NCBI GenBank assembly: GCA_031555055.1
Contig: JAVBUT010000002.1
Coordinates: forward strand, 210,165 to 274,164
Origin: Alphaproteobacteria bacterium
Lineage (GTDB): Bacteria > Pseudomonadota > Alphaproteobacteria > Rs-D84
Direction of reading: 5' to 3'
DNA length: 64,000 nucleotides
This document shows, one piece after another, positions 47,316 through 56,561 of the stretch. The notes under the pieces were generated by a model. That model was not told the DNA's origin, made no database searches, and saw nothing but the letters and a program-made list of their open reading frames with translations. Every line of letters begins with the position of its first letter. The first letter of the stretch is position 1. The translations under genes and the position numbers were made by a program.

Positions 47316-48590
47316 ATGCAGGCAGCAGCAAAACAAACGGTTACAAATGTGGAATCAATAATGGCGGCAATTGCCGCAAAGATTGATCCCGCGGCGTTTA
47401 AATCCTGGATCGCCCCATGCAAATTATCTGTTCAAAACAATACCCTGTTCATTCATTCTAACAATCAATTTTCCGCCGACTTTATCAAATCCGTTTATTC
47501 CAACACTTTGGGCGACGTCGCCGACGAATTCGGATTGGGTCTGTTCATATGCGTTAACGGCGCATGCGCCCCGGCCGCACGCACGGCAAACGACAATACC
47601 GTAAAAACATTCGTGCCGGCTGCACCGGTTGCCACGACCACAACATTCGATAACTTTATCATATCTGATGAAAACGCATTCGTTGTTTCCGCATGCAAGA
47701 AAATGGCGTCTGGCGCGGCGACTTTTTCACCGCTGTTTATATATGGCGCGGCGGGATGCGGGAAATCATTGCTGGTCGATTGCATTAATTCCGAATCAGC
47801 TGGCCGCACACTGGTCATGACCGGAAACCAGTTTGTTTCCGAATTCCTGCGTGCGATGCGCGAACATTCCGTCTTTGCGTTCAAGGATTTCTGCCGAAAG
47901 TGCGACACATTCATCATGGACGATGTTCATACGCTGGCCGGCAAACGCGCGTCGCTGGACGAATTTATGAATCTGGTTATGGATTTGCGCGCTGCAAATA
48001 AAAATATTGTTCTGACATCGAATGTTGCGCCTGGCGATCTGTCCGGGTTTGACCGCCGTCTGCAATCATTGCTGGCGTCGGGATTGGTCGCAGATGTCGC
48101 GACACCGTCTAAAAATGTTGCGCGCACGATTATGGCGCGTGCCGGCGTTGCGGCGAACGTTGCCGAATATCTAGCGGGCCGCATAAACGGTGACGGTCAC
48201 TTGATTGCGGGCGTTGCCAAAAAAATCAACACGTATGCCGAACTGATGAATTCTTTGGTCACATGCGACGTCGCCGAAAGATTATTGTCTGACACATTGG
48301 TAAAATCCAAGACTCCGCTGGCCATGGTAAAATCCATGTGCGCCAGACTGGGGGTATCGTATGACGCGGTATGCGGAACATCGCGCGTGCGCAATGTCGT
48401 CCGTGCGCGCCAGATTATGATGACCGCGCTGAAGTCTGCGACTTCGCTATCGCTGGCGGAAATCGGACGTCTGGTCGGCGACCGTGATCACGCGACGGTT
48501 CTGTATGCGATTTCGACAACCGCAAAATTAAAATCATCCGATCTGATTCTGGGCGCAGAAATCGACCAGATGATTGCCGAATGCAGATAA
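47316..48590 (+). CDS. dnaA: chromosomal replication initiator DnaA (divergent)
   Basis: TFDNFIISDEN...PLFIYGAAGCGKSLL (Walker A), FIMDDVH (Walker B), arginine finger, and domain IV SRVRNVVRARQIMM...GDRDHATVLYA. RBS GAAAGGAGAAAC. 424 aa. Confidence 0.8.
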   Translation: MQAAAKQTVTNVESIMAAIAAKIDPAAFKSWIAPCKLSVQNNTLFIHSNNQFSADFIKSVYSNTLGDVADEFGLGLFICVNGACAPAARTANDNTVKTFVPAAPVATTTTFDNFIISDENAFVVSACKKMASGAATFSPLFIYGAAGCGKSLLVDCINSESAGRTLVMTGNQFVSEFLRAMREHSVFAFKDFCRKCDTFIMDDVHTLAGKRASLDEFMNLVMDLRAANKNIVLTSNVAPGDLSGFDRRLQSLLASGLVADVATPSKNVARTIMARAGVAANVAEYLAGRINGDGHLIAGVAKKINTYAELMNSLVTCDVAERLLSDTLVKSKTPLAMVKSMCARLGVSYDAVCGTSRVRNVVRARQIMMTALKSATSLSLAEIGRLVGDRDHATVLYAISTTAKLKSSDLILGAEIDQMIAECR

Positions 48591-48598
48591 TTCCGAAT

Positions 48599-49227
48599 TG
48601 GGTAGCGCGACCTTGTCCCAAGGTCGCACGTGACAACCTTGGGACAAGGTTGTCCTACCATTTTCAAGTTAAATGAAAAAATGCAAAACGATGATATATT
48701 TTTCAGAAAGAAATTAGATCATGAAATTCCATATTGGGTTAAGTCGGATTCAATATTTTTTATAACAATAAATACATTGCCACGTGGAAAAAATAATCTT
48801 GCGACTTTTAATATTTCGAAAATAATTAGAGATAGTCTGCGATTTTATCAATCAAAAGGTTTGATATATGTTGAATATTTACTGCTGATGCCGGATCATT
48901 TGCATATGCTGGTCGCATTTAATGATATCCCTATGGAAAAATTTATACAACAATGGAAAAAATATATTTCCAGAAATACAAAGGTTGAATGGCAGCGTGA
49001 TTTTTTTGATCATCGGATACGAAATGGCGAATCTTTGCAAGAAAAAATAGATTATATATCAAATAATCCAGTTCGTAAAAATTTTGTGGTTAATTCGTTT
49101 GATTGGAAGTATCAGTGGTTGAGAGGGATGCATGAATTATCAGATTTTGATTTAGGATCATAATTAGGCATGACCGGTTTGTCCCAAACTGGTCATGTGC
49201 GACCTTGGGGACAAGGTCGCGCTACCC
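48599..49227 (+). mobile_element. REP-RAYT-REP unit: IS200/IS605-like HUH tyrosine transposase (RAYT) flanked by inverted pairs of REP hairpins
   Basis: Left gggtagcgcgaccttgtcccaaggtcgc + gacaaccttgggacaaggttgtc. Right catgaccggtttgtcccaaactggtcatg + gcgaccttggggacaaggtcgcgctaccc. The outermost arms are mutually inverted. Confidence 0.7.
48681..49163 (+). CDS. REP-associated tyrosine transposase (RAYT, IS200-like TnpA)
   Basis: HUH motif MPDHLHMLV. RAYT-type motif WQRDFFDHRIRN with downstream catalytic Tyr region (EKIDYISNNP). About 30% GC. Confidence 0.7.
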   Translation: MQNDDIFFRKKLDHEIPYWVKSDSIFFITINTLPRGKNNLATFNISKIIRDSLRFYQSKGLIYVEYLLLMPDHLHMLVAFNDIPMEKFIQQWKKYISRNTKVEWQRDFFDHRIRNGESLQEKIDYISNNPVRKNFVVNSFDWKYQWLRGMHELSDFDLGS

Positions 49228-49303
49228 GAGAGCGCTTCACTAAAGGACTTTTATTATACGGTTTTTTCTGATATAATGTCAGCATCAAATAGGGAGTTTT
49301 AGG

Positions 49304-50731
49304 ATGAAGAAATTAGCTGTTTTTTCAGTTTTCTTAGGCGTATTGGGTGTGTTTGGTGCCGGACATGCGAAGTCTTGTACTCTGCAGTCTTGTGATACAA
49401 GTAGCCTTACAGCCGGATGGTTGCGCGCGCAATATCCGGATGGGACCCAGTGTTATTGGTGCGGTGGAGTTTCTTCAAATAATTGTGAAAACGGAACAAA
49501 CGTTGCGGTTATAAATGGTTTGGGCAACATTACCAATATTTACGAATGTGATACAGGTTGGACAAATGGCTGGAGAGAAAATAATCCCGGCAAATTTTGT
49601 AATAATTCGGACTTAAAAGGCGAAAGTTTAAGTTCAATAAAATTAAATAATACGGACATGTATTATAGCTTGGATGGCGGGATAAAAACAACAGGTTATA
49701 TTTCTGGTGATGCGACAGTTCTTAAAGCCGGTAACATAGCTTGCATTGTGGTGAAATGTAAATCAGGATACGAACCGAATGTAGCAAAAACAGCCTGTGT
49801 AGAAGTTGGCCGCGGCAGTTGCGAAGCCAGAACACATATGAAATGGGATGCAGGAAAATGCATTTGTAAAACGCTGGGAGAGGTGGAAACATCCGATAAA
49901 GCAAGATGTGTTGATCCAAAAAAGTTAGCTAAAGAGGAAGAATGCAGAAAGGGTGGCGCAACATTTGATGGCCTAGATGGATGTGTTTGCAAAGACCGTG
50001 CTTTTGGGACAGGACAAGTATGGAACGATACGCAAAAAAAATGCGTATTGTCTGATGAAGAATTAAAAGCACAAAAGGACAAAGCAACAGAAGAACTGGA
50101 AAAGCGCCGCAAAAACTGTACAACAGACAAAGCAAAAGCGTCCGGTGCGTCATGGAATGGGAGAACGTGTCAGTGCGGCGCCACCAAGGGGTGGGTTGAA
50201 TCGCGCGGAGAATGTGTATTGAATGCAAAAGTTGTTGCGTGTAACGCCCTGCGCGATCGTGGTATCAAGGTGGATTGGAGCGAATTGCAGAACGACTGTG
50301 TATGTACAGAAAACGGCTATCGGATGAATGATGCTAAGACGGATTGTATAGAAAGTTCCGACGCAAGACAAGCGCGCGAAGATAAGCAAAAACAAGAAGA
50401 AGCAGACAAGGCGGAAAAGGCACGCTTGGAAATAGAAAGGAGAAGCAAGACAACGATAACAGTTATTACGGATACTTCGAAAAAGTTGACCGATATCGGC
50501 AGTGCCCACTTTGACGTCAGCGCATGGAAAACAGCCGAAGGTACATTTAATACTTCGCGTTTGATTTCGGATTCTGTTGCGGGTGTCGTGCTGGGGACGG
50601 CCGGTGGATTAATCACCAGTAACGTTATCAAAAACAATCAGGTCGACAGCGGATTTGATGATATATCATGTACCGTCGGCGGCCAGGTCGTCGCCGGATG
50701 GGGCGATCAGTTCAGGGTTGGAATAAGATAA
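49304..50731 (+). CDS. secreted Cys-rich repeat protein with central Lys/Glu coiled-coil segment
   Basis: Signal peptide. More than 40 Cys in recurrent C-x-C, W.G..C and G.C.C patterns. No confident family. Confidence 0.45.
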   Translation: MKKLAVFSVFLGVLGVFGAGHAKSCTLQSCDTSSLTAGWLRAQYPDGTQCYWCGGVSSNNCENGTNVAVINGLGNITNIYECDTGWTNGWRENNPGKFCNNSDLKGESLSSIKLNNTDMYYSLDGGIKTTGYISGDATVLKAGNIACIVVKCKSGYEPNVAKTACVEVGRGSCEARTHMKWDAGKCICKTLGEVETSDKARCVDPKKLAKEEECRKGGATFDGLDGCVCKDRAFGTGQVWNDTQKKCVLSDEELKAQKDKATEELEKRRKNCTTDKAKASGASWNGRTCQCGATKGWVESRGECVLNAKVVACNALRDRGIKVDWSELQNDCVCTENGYRMNDAKTDCIESSDARQAREDKQKQEEADKAEKARLEIERRSKTTITVITDTSKKLTDIGSAHFDVSAWKTAEGTFNTSRLISDSVAGVVLGTAGGLITSNVIKNNQVDSGFDDISCTVGGQVVAGWGDQFRVGIR

Positions 50732-50759
50732 AAAAATCCGGCGGATGCCGGATTTTTTT
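50731..50759 (+). terminator. rho-independent terminator
   Basis: aaaaaatccggcggatgccggattttttt. Confidence 0.7.
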
Positions 50760-50761
50760 AA

Positions 50762-50985
50762 ATGAAAAATGAAGAATGAAAAATGAAAAATGAAAAATGA
50801 AGAATGAAGAATGAAAAATGAAGAATGAAAAATGAAAAGTGAGGAACAAAATAGAATATAAAAGTTATAAAAGTACAGAGTAAAGATATTATGAATCACT
50901 CTGTACTTTTGTAACTATTAAATAATAACTGTTGTGCGTAAAATCACTGATTACTTTTCATTTTTCATTCTTCATTTTTCATTTA
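50762..50985. repeat. composite palindromic heptamer element: 12 tandem ATGAA(A/G)A units, a central 13-bp-stem hairpin, then 4 inverted TTTTCAT units
   Basis: atgaaaa atgaaga ... x12 at 50762-50845. Hairpin aaaagtacagagt...actctgtactttt at about 50870-50912. ttttcatttttcattcttcatttttcattt at 50955-50984. Confidence 0.7.
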
Positions 50986-51013
50986 AAAACCGCGCCATTG
51001 GCGCGGTTTTTAA
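50986..51013 (-). terminator. rho-independent terminator of parE
   Basis: aaaaaccgcgccattggcgcggttttt. Confidence 0.7.
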
Positions 51014-51092
51014 ATATCCAAATCGCGGACGATCCCGTACTCGCCCTATGACTGCCGGCGATGCGGCGCATACGGGCTCTACGGGATGACAA

Positions 51093-53069
51093 TTAAATGT
51101 CAAGATCTCTTACAAATTTTGCGTGTTCTGTGATAAAGCGGAATCGGAATTCCGGTTTCTTGCCCATTAATTCGGACACCACGGTTTTGGTGCGTTCTGC
51201 GTCTTCGGCGCCTTCTTCGGTGCGTGGCGGCAGTTCGACGCGGATCAACCGGCGTGTTTTCGGGTTCATTGTCGTTTCTTTCAACTGGTTCGGCATCATT
51301 TCGCCAAGCCCTTTGAATCGCGATATTTCAATTTTTTTGTTTTTATATTTTCCTGCCTTTAATTCTTCCAATTCTTCATCCGTATCGACATATATCGATT
51401 CGGTGCCATGCGTCAATTTATACAGCGGCGGGCATGACAGATACAAGTGTCCGCCATGTATCAGGCCCGGCATGTCGCGATAGAAAAACGTCATCAGCAG
51501 TGCCGCGATATGCGATCCATCGACGTCCGCGTCGGTCATGATTATTATTTTTTCATAACGTAATTTTGATTCGTCCCAATCGCGCGCCGTGCCGGCGCCG
51601 ATGATGTCGATCAATTCGTTCAGTTCTTTGTTCGCGCCGAACTTTTCATCAGAGTTAGAGAACACATTCAAAACTTTTCCGCGCAAAGGCATGATTGCCT
51701 GGGTCGCGCGGTCGCGCGCCTGTTTTGCGGTGCCGCCCGCCGATTCGCCTTCGACGATAAACAGTTCTGTGCCCGCGATTCCATGTTTGGCACAATCGGC
51801 CAGTTTGGCCGGCATGCGTGCGCGTTTGGTCGGCGTCTTGCGCGCGATGTCTTTGACAGCCTTGGTCTTGATACGTGCGTTCGCCAGATTGATCACAAAG
51901 TCCAGCAATGCGTTCGCAGTTTTCGGATCAGACGCCAAGAACATTTCCCATGGATCGCGCAGCGCGTTTTCAGTGTATCGCGCGATTTCCGGGTTGGACA
52001 GTTTTTCCTTGGTCTGGCCCAGGAACTGTGGCGATTTATAGAATACGGAAACAATTGATGCGACCGAATCAAAAACGTCTTCGCTGATGATGTTTGCGGC
52101 GGCCTTGTTATTTATTTTTTCGCCATAGTTTTTAATGCCGCGCGTGATCGCGGATTTAAATCCGCTTTCGTGTGTGCCGCCGTCGATTGTCGCGATCGTG
52201 TTACAGTACGACGCGAAAAAGCCATCGTCGGATGCCGCGCCGTTTTCATCGGTTAAAAATGTCAGTGCCCATTCCACACGGCCAGCATCGTCCGGAAAAT
52301 CAACCATGCCGGAAAATATTTTCGGCAGAATGCGCGGCTTGTCGTTTGTGCGTTCCGCCAAAAAGTCCGCGACGCCATTGGGATAATAAAACTCTGTCTT
52401 GGCCGGGATATTCATATCTTCGGTAATTAATTCCGGATTACAGTTCCATTCGATTTTTACGCCGCGCGACAAGAAAGCCTTGGCCCGCGCCATGCGATAG
52501 ATTTTCACCGGCTTGAACGTTGCATTCGCGCCGAAAATATCGTCGTCCAAAGTAAAGCGGATCGCGGTGCCGTGTCCACGTGTCGCGTCGCCCCGGCTTA
52601 CCGGGCTGGTGGTTTTGCCGCGCGCGAATGTTTGGGTCCAGATGTATCCGTCCTTGGACACTTTGACGGTCATTTCAGACGACAAGGCATTTACGACCGC
52701 GCCGCCGACCCCGTGCAGACCGCCGGATGTTTTATATACGTTATTGTTGAACTTGCCACCCGAATGCAGTGTGGTAAAGATGATCTCCAGCGCGGATTTG
52801 CCAGGATATTTCGGGTGTTCGTCGACCGGGATTCCGCGGCCGTCGTCGATGATTTCAATTGTCTTGGCGTCGATCATGTTTACGACGATTTTCTTGGCAA
52901 AGCCGGCGACGGCTTCATCAATAGAATTGTCCATGATTTCCACAGGCAGGTGGTGCCAAGCCTTTTCATCCGTGCCGCCGATGTACATTCCGGGGCGCAG
53001 ACGCACTGGTTCAAGACCCTCCAAAACTTGGATATCCGATGCAGAATAGTTGTTGTTAGTTTCAGCCAT
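51093..53069 (-). CDS. parE: DNA topoisomerase IV subunit B (GyrB/ParE family; length fits ParE)
   Basis: GHKL ATPase motifs (LEGLEPVRLRPGMYIGGT, GLHGVG), Toprim EGESAGG and PLRGKVLN. 658 aa from ATG at 53067-53069. Confidence 0.75.
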   Translation of the reverse strand: MAETNNNYSASDIQVLEGLEPVRLRPGMYIGGTDEKAWHHLPVEIMDNSIDEAVAGFAKKIVVNMIDAKTIEIIDDGRGIPVDEHPKYPGKSALEIIFTTLHSGGKFNNNVYKTSGGLHGVGGAVVNALSSEMTVKVSKDGYIWTQTFARGKTTSPVSRGDATRGHGTAIRFTLDDDIFGANATFKPVKIYRMARAKAFLSRGVKIEWNCNPELITEDMNIPAKTEFYYPNGVADFLAERTNDKPRILPKIFSGMVDFPDDAGRVEWALTFLTDENGAASDDGFFASYCNTIATIDGGTHESGFKSAITRGIKNYGEKINNKAAANIISEDVFDSVASIVSVFYKSPQFLGQTKEKLSNPEIARYTENALRDPWEMFLASDPKTANALLDFVINLANARIKTKAVKDIARKTPTKRARMPAKLADCAKHGIAGTELFIVEGESAGGTAKQARDRATQAIMPLRGKVLNVFSNSDEKFGANKELNELIDIIGAGTARDWDESKLRYEKIIIMTDADVDGSHIAALLMTFFYRDMPGLIHGGHLYLSCPPLYKLTHGTESIYVDTDEELEELKAGKYKNKKIEISRFKGLGEMMPNQLKETTMNPKTRRLIRVELPPRTEEGAEDAERTKTVVSELMGKKPEFRFRFITEHAKFVRDLDI

Positions 53070-53083
53070 GTTTTTATTCCCGT

Positions 53084-53132
53084 AGGGGCGGCTGGAAAGC
53101 CGCCCAGGGCGCGTTTCCACGCGCCCCTACAA
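53084..53132. repeat. nested taggggcg...cgcccctac palindromic element in the parE 5 prime leader
   Basis: gtaggggcggctggaaagccgcccagggcgcgtttccacgcgcccctac. Confidence 0.6.
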
Positions 53133-53256
53133 ATTCAATCTAAACGGCAGAATAATCAATTTTCGCGCGGGGTGCAAGCCAGATTTTGACAATTTTTAAT
53201 TTTTGTCTTGACATTTTTTTTTTTGGTCCAGAATATAGAAAACAAAAGGATGCTTT

Positions 53257-53826
53257 ATGTTTCTTATTAATAAATTAAAAAACAAAAAACAGCAATTGAT
53301 TCTAAATCAATTTTCAGAATATTTAATTTCTCATAGTCCAGTTTCTGAAAATTACCAAGGATTTATGGAAGAAGAGGATATTAAAAAATTTTTGCAATCA
53401 TTGGGAATGGTTGAAAAGATTAGACATTCTGAAACCTATGCGTATTCTGAAACTTATGAAGTAAACACTAAATTGGATACATACACTGTTGATCATAATG
53501 GGATTTATATTTGTGCCGGATCAAGTTGGATTTATGATGAAGAAGAACCAAACGCGCGCGTGCACATAAAGATAAGCCGGGGTGGTAAAAAAGTATTTGA
53601 ATCAGAATATTACGAACAAATGGGCTATGTTTATGCTACTCATGGTGTAATGAGCGAATTGTACAACGGTTTAAAGCAAACAAGGCCTTATTTTGATAAT
53701 TCCTTGGAAACATTAAAAGAAAAGCTTTCTAGGGCTGAAAAAGAAAAAGCCCTGATGGATATGAAGCTTATCAAACGGGAAATGAAAATTAAAAATCGCG
53801 AAATTATAAAAAAAATTCGTGGATAA
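53257..53826 (+). CDS. hypothetical protein, AT-rich orphan gene
   Basis: 189 aa, about 30% GC. Terminator hairpin at 53838-53872. No domain recognised. Confidence 0.4.
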   Translation: MFLINKLKNKKQQLILNQFSEYLISHSPVSENYQGFMEEEDIKKFLQSLGMVEKIRHSETYAYSETYEVNTKLDTYTVDHNGIYICAGSSWIYDEEEPNARVHIKISRGGKKVFESEYYEQMGYVYATHGVMSELYNGLKQTRPYFDNSLETLKEKLSRAEKEKALMDMKLIKREMKIKNREIIKKIRG

Positions 53827-53934
53827 AATAAAAACCAAAAAACAGGCGGTCGGATGACCGCCTGGTTTTATTTGCATTGACTTGAATTTTCGTTTGGTCA
53901 ACAATACGGTCAGGATATACGAAAGGAGTTTGCT

Positions 53935-54222
53935 ATGGCAGAAATGAAAATGTCAGACAAAAATGCACCACAAGATATCATGGCGGTTGCGACAAGAAAG
54001 CAAAAAAATTCAAAAAACATTACGGTCGGGTCGGTTAGTACGCTGGTATTGCTGGCTGGGGTTGCGTTGTTTTTAGAATCCAAAGGAAAATCAGCCGCCA
54101 GCAGCATTGCGACGGGCACCGCAATATTAAACTTTTTTGCCGCGGTATATTCTTATCTGAATTATAAAGCCAATGCAGAACGAGTTCTGAAAATCAATCA
54201 AATGTGCAGGGGTGCCAGATAA
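53935..54222 (+). CDS. small hypothetical membrane protein
   Basis: RBS GAAAGGAG. Two predicted TM helices. 95 aa. Confidence 0.4.
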   Translation: MAEMKMSDKNAPQDIMAVATRKQKNSKNITVGSVSTLVLLAGVALFLESKGKSAASSIATGTAILNFFAAVYSYLNYKANAERVLKINQMCRGAR

Positions 54223-54304
54223 TATATCGCCCAGTGCCGATTAAAAACATCCGCCACTTGATTATTTATCCGTAATTTATTATATAAAGTGCAACATGAA
54301 TAAT

Positions 54305-54330
54305 GTAGGGGCGCATATTTGCGCCCCGGG
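54305..54330. repeat. taggggcgcatatttgcgcccc palindromic hairpin upstream of dnaJ
   Basis: gtaggggcgcatatttgcgccccggggc. Same core as 42.59 and 62.43 kb. Confidence 0.6.
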
Positions 54331-54369
54331 GCACAAGAATATGCCACTACAAAGGTTTGGTCAAAAAAT

Positions 54370-55497
54370 ATGAACAAAAATCCATATGAAGTCTTGGGTG
54401 TGGCGCGCGACGCGTCGGACGCGGATATTAAAAAAGCGTATCATAAACTGGTTATGAAACATCATCCTGATAAAAATCAGGGCGATAAGGCATCCGAAGA
54501 AAAATTCAAAGAAATCAACAACGCATTCGATATTCTGAAAGACCCGCAAAAACGCGCGGCATACGATCGCTTTGGCGACGCGGCTTTTGCCGGCGGAAAT
54601 GGCGCGTCCGCCGGTATGGGGGGCAATCCGTTCGGCGGCGCCGGCGGTTTCCATTTCGATATGGGCGGCGGCATGGGTGGCATGGAAGATATTATCAGGG
54701 AAGCCATGCGCGGTTTCGGATTTGCCGGGGATATGGGCGGCGGTCAGACGCGTGAAATGCGCGGACGGGATTTACTGGACGAAGTTGTAATTGATTTGCG
54801 TGATGCATATTTCGGAAAAACGCACACTGTGAAATTTTCATCCAATGTGAAATGCGAAAAGTGCGACGGTCACGGTACTGACGACGGAAAGTCCGCGCCA
54901 AAATGCGAACGCTGTCATGGTGCCGGCACCATTCACCAAAGCCGTGGATTTTTCGCAGTAGAGACGCCTTGCCCGGAATGCCAGGGTCTGGGGCGTAAAA
55001 TCAAAAAGAAATGTTCGTCGTGCGAAGGCACCGGAACCGTTCACAAACAAAGAACACTGGAAGTAAAAATACCGGCCGGCGTCGCGGACGGAACACGGTT
55101 GCGTCTGGCGGGCCAGGGCGAAGCCGGTCAAAACGGCGCGCCGGCCGGTGATTTCTATGTCGATATCCGCGTGCGCCCCAATGCAAAGTTCGACCGTGTC
55201 GGCAACGACTTGTTAATGCGCGAAAACGTTCCGTTTACGACATTGGCGTTGGGTGGCGAAATCGAAATCGAAACGATTGATGATAAAAAACTGTCGGTCA
55301 AGGTTCCGGCGGGTACCCAAATCGGTGAAAAACTGCGCGTGCGTGGCCACGGAATGCCAACAGGGCGCGGCGATCACTTTGGCGATTTGTATATTGATGT
55401 CGCAATGATTGTTCCGACCAAGTTAAACGAAAAGCAAAAGAAAGCATTGAACGAATTCTCGGCGAACACTAAATCCGATAAAAAGGGTTGGTTTTAA
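54370..55497 (+). CDS. dnaJ: molecular chaperone DnaJ
   Basis: J domain with HPD (YHKLVMKHHPDKN), Gly-rich region, four CxxCxGxG zinc-finger repeats and C-terminal domain. No dnaK immediately upstream. Confidence 0.9.
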   Translation: MNKNPYEVLGVARDASDADIKKAYHKLVMKHHPDKNQGDKASEEKFKEINNAFDILKDPQKRAAYDRFGDAAFAGGNGASAGMGGNPFGGAGGFHFDMGGGMGGMEDIIREAMRGFGFAGDMGGGQTREMRGRDLLDEVVIDLRDAYFGKTHTVKFSSNVKCEKCDGHGTDDGKSAPKCERCHGAGTIHQSRGFFAVETPCPECQGLGRKIKKKCSSCEGTGTVHKQRTLEVKIPAGVADGTRLRLAGQGEAGQNGAPAGDFYVDIRVRPNAKFDRVGNDLLMRENVPFTTLALGGEIEIETIDDKKLSVKVPAGTQIGEKLRVRGHGMPTGRGDHFGDLYIDVAMIVPTKLNEKQKKALNEFSANTKSDKKGWF

Positions 55498-55556
55498 ATC
55501 ACCCGCCCCAAAGGGGCGGGTGATTTAAAAAAAATCCCGCGGCGCGGGATTTTTTA
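55497..55556 (+). terminator. tandem rho-independent terminator hairpins after dnaJ
   Basis: aaatcacccgccccaaaggggcgggtgattt and aaatcccgcggcgcgggatttttt. Confidence 0.7.
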
Positions 55557-55872
55557 TAATTTTACATTGATTTTAACGCGGTGATTTGGTGGCGCGCGTG
55601 TTCCATGGCAATCTGATTCTTTGCAAACGTGTCCAAGGCCGCCGTTCGTGATATCGGCAATGGTTTTATTCCAGGGTTCTTTTTGTTGGTGATAGATATT
55701 TGGATTTTATATGCCATATTTTCCACCTTTGGTTATTTTGAATTTTGCTTGGTCTTTGTCGCAACTTCCTTGCCTGGGTGCGGCAAAGGTTTGATTTTTG
55801 GCGGATGTCCGACTTTTACTTTACCAGTGCCAAATATTTTTTTCAGGAGTGACATGTCTGTCCCCTTTGGTT

Positions 55873-56478
55873 TTATTTGTTTTTTATCTTTTTAAATTTC
55901 TTTGCAAAGTCGATCGTGTATTCAACCGCAGACCACAAAGACGCAACAACCCCCAGCCACAATCCCCAAATTCCAATCTGGGGCAGGGCATAGATCACGA
56001 ACATAAATATTCTGCTCGTCATATCCGGGGTGATCAATGTGCCGACCGCAAACATCAGCATAAATGCGCCGACTGCGACCATCTGGATTGTGTTTTTAAC
56101 CTTGCCCATGGAAAAGCGCCATGCGGGTACAGGCATTTCCATTTTCTGGGTGCCCATGAATTCGCGCAGGCCCGAAACGTACAATTCGCGCGCGATCATG
56201 ATAATAATTGGTATTACGATAAACCACACCGGCATCATCGCAGCCAGCATGACCATGGTGTTAACCACTAACAGCTTGTCCCCGATATGATCCAGCACAC
56301 CGCCGATCTTGGATGTAACGTTATATTTTTTCGCCAGTATCCCGTCAAACAGATCGGTAAATCCGGCAATGGTAAACAGTGCGAACGACACCCAGTACCA
56401 TTGGTACATTAGTGTCGGGATAATCGCGAACGACGCGGCGATACGAAAGCATGTCAGAAAATTTACAAAAAACTTCAT
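55873..56478 (-). CDS. pgsA: CDP-diacylglycerol--glycerol-3-phosphate 3-phosphatidyltransferase
   Basis: CDP-alcohol phosphatidyltransferase motif D.FDG..AR/K......G...D...D (DLFDGILAKKYNVTSKIGGVLDHIGDKL). Confidence 0.85.
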   Translation of the reverse strand: MKFFVNFLTCFRIAASFAIIPTLMYQWYWVSFALFTIAGFTDLFDGILAKKYNVTSKIGGVLDHIGDKLLVVNTMVMLAAMMPVWFIVIPIIIMIARELYVSGLREFMGTQKMEMPVPAWRFSMGKVKNTIQMVAVGAFMLMFAVGTLITPDMTSRIFMFVIYALPQIGIWGLWLGVVASLWSAVEYTIDFAKKFKKIKNK

Positions 56479-56561
56479 TTGGTTTTCTCCTTTGGGATAT
56501 TTATATGTGCGTATTATATCATTTTTTAAATTAAAACCAGATTATATTTTTTAACCAATAA

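Noticed and set aside
50762-50845. Possible CRISPR array (regular short repeats)
   Set aside because: Units are 7 bp and directly abutting with no spacers. No cas genes. These are heptamer microsatellite arrays, not CRISPR.
55629-55895. 88-aa plus-strand ORF between dnaJ and pgsA
   Set aside because: No RBS. Phe/Gly-rich low-complexity translation. Overlaps better-supported small minus-strand ORFs and the dnaJ terminators.
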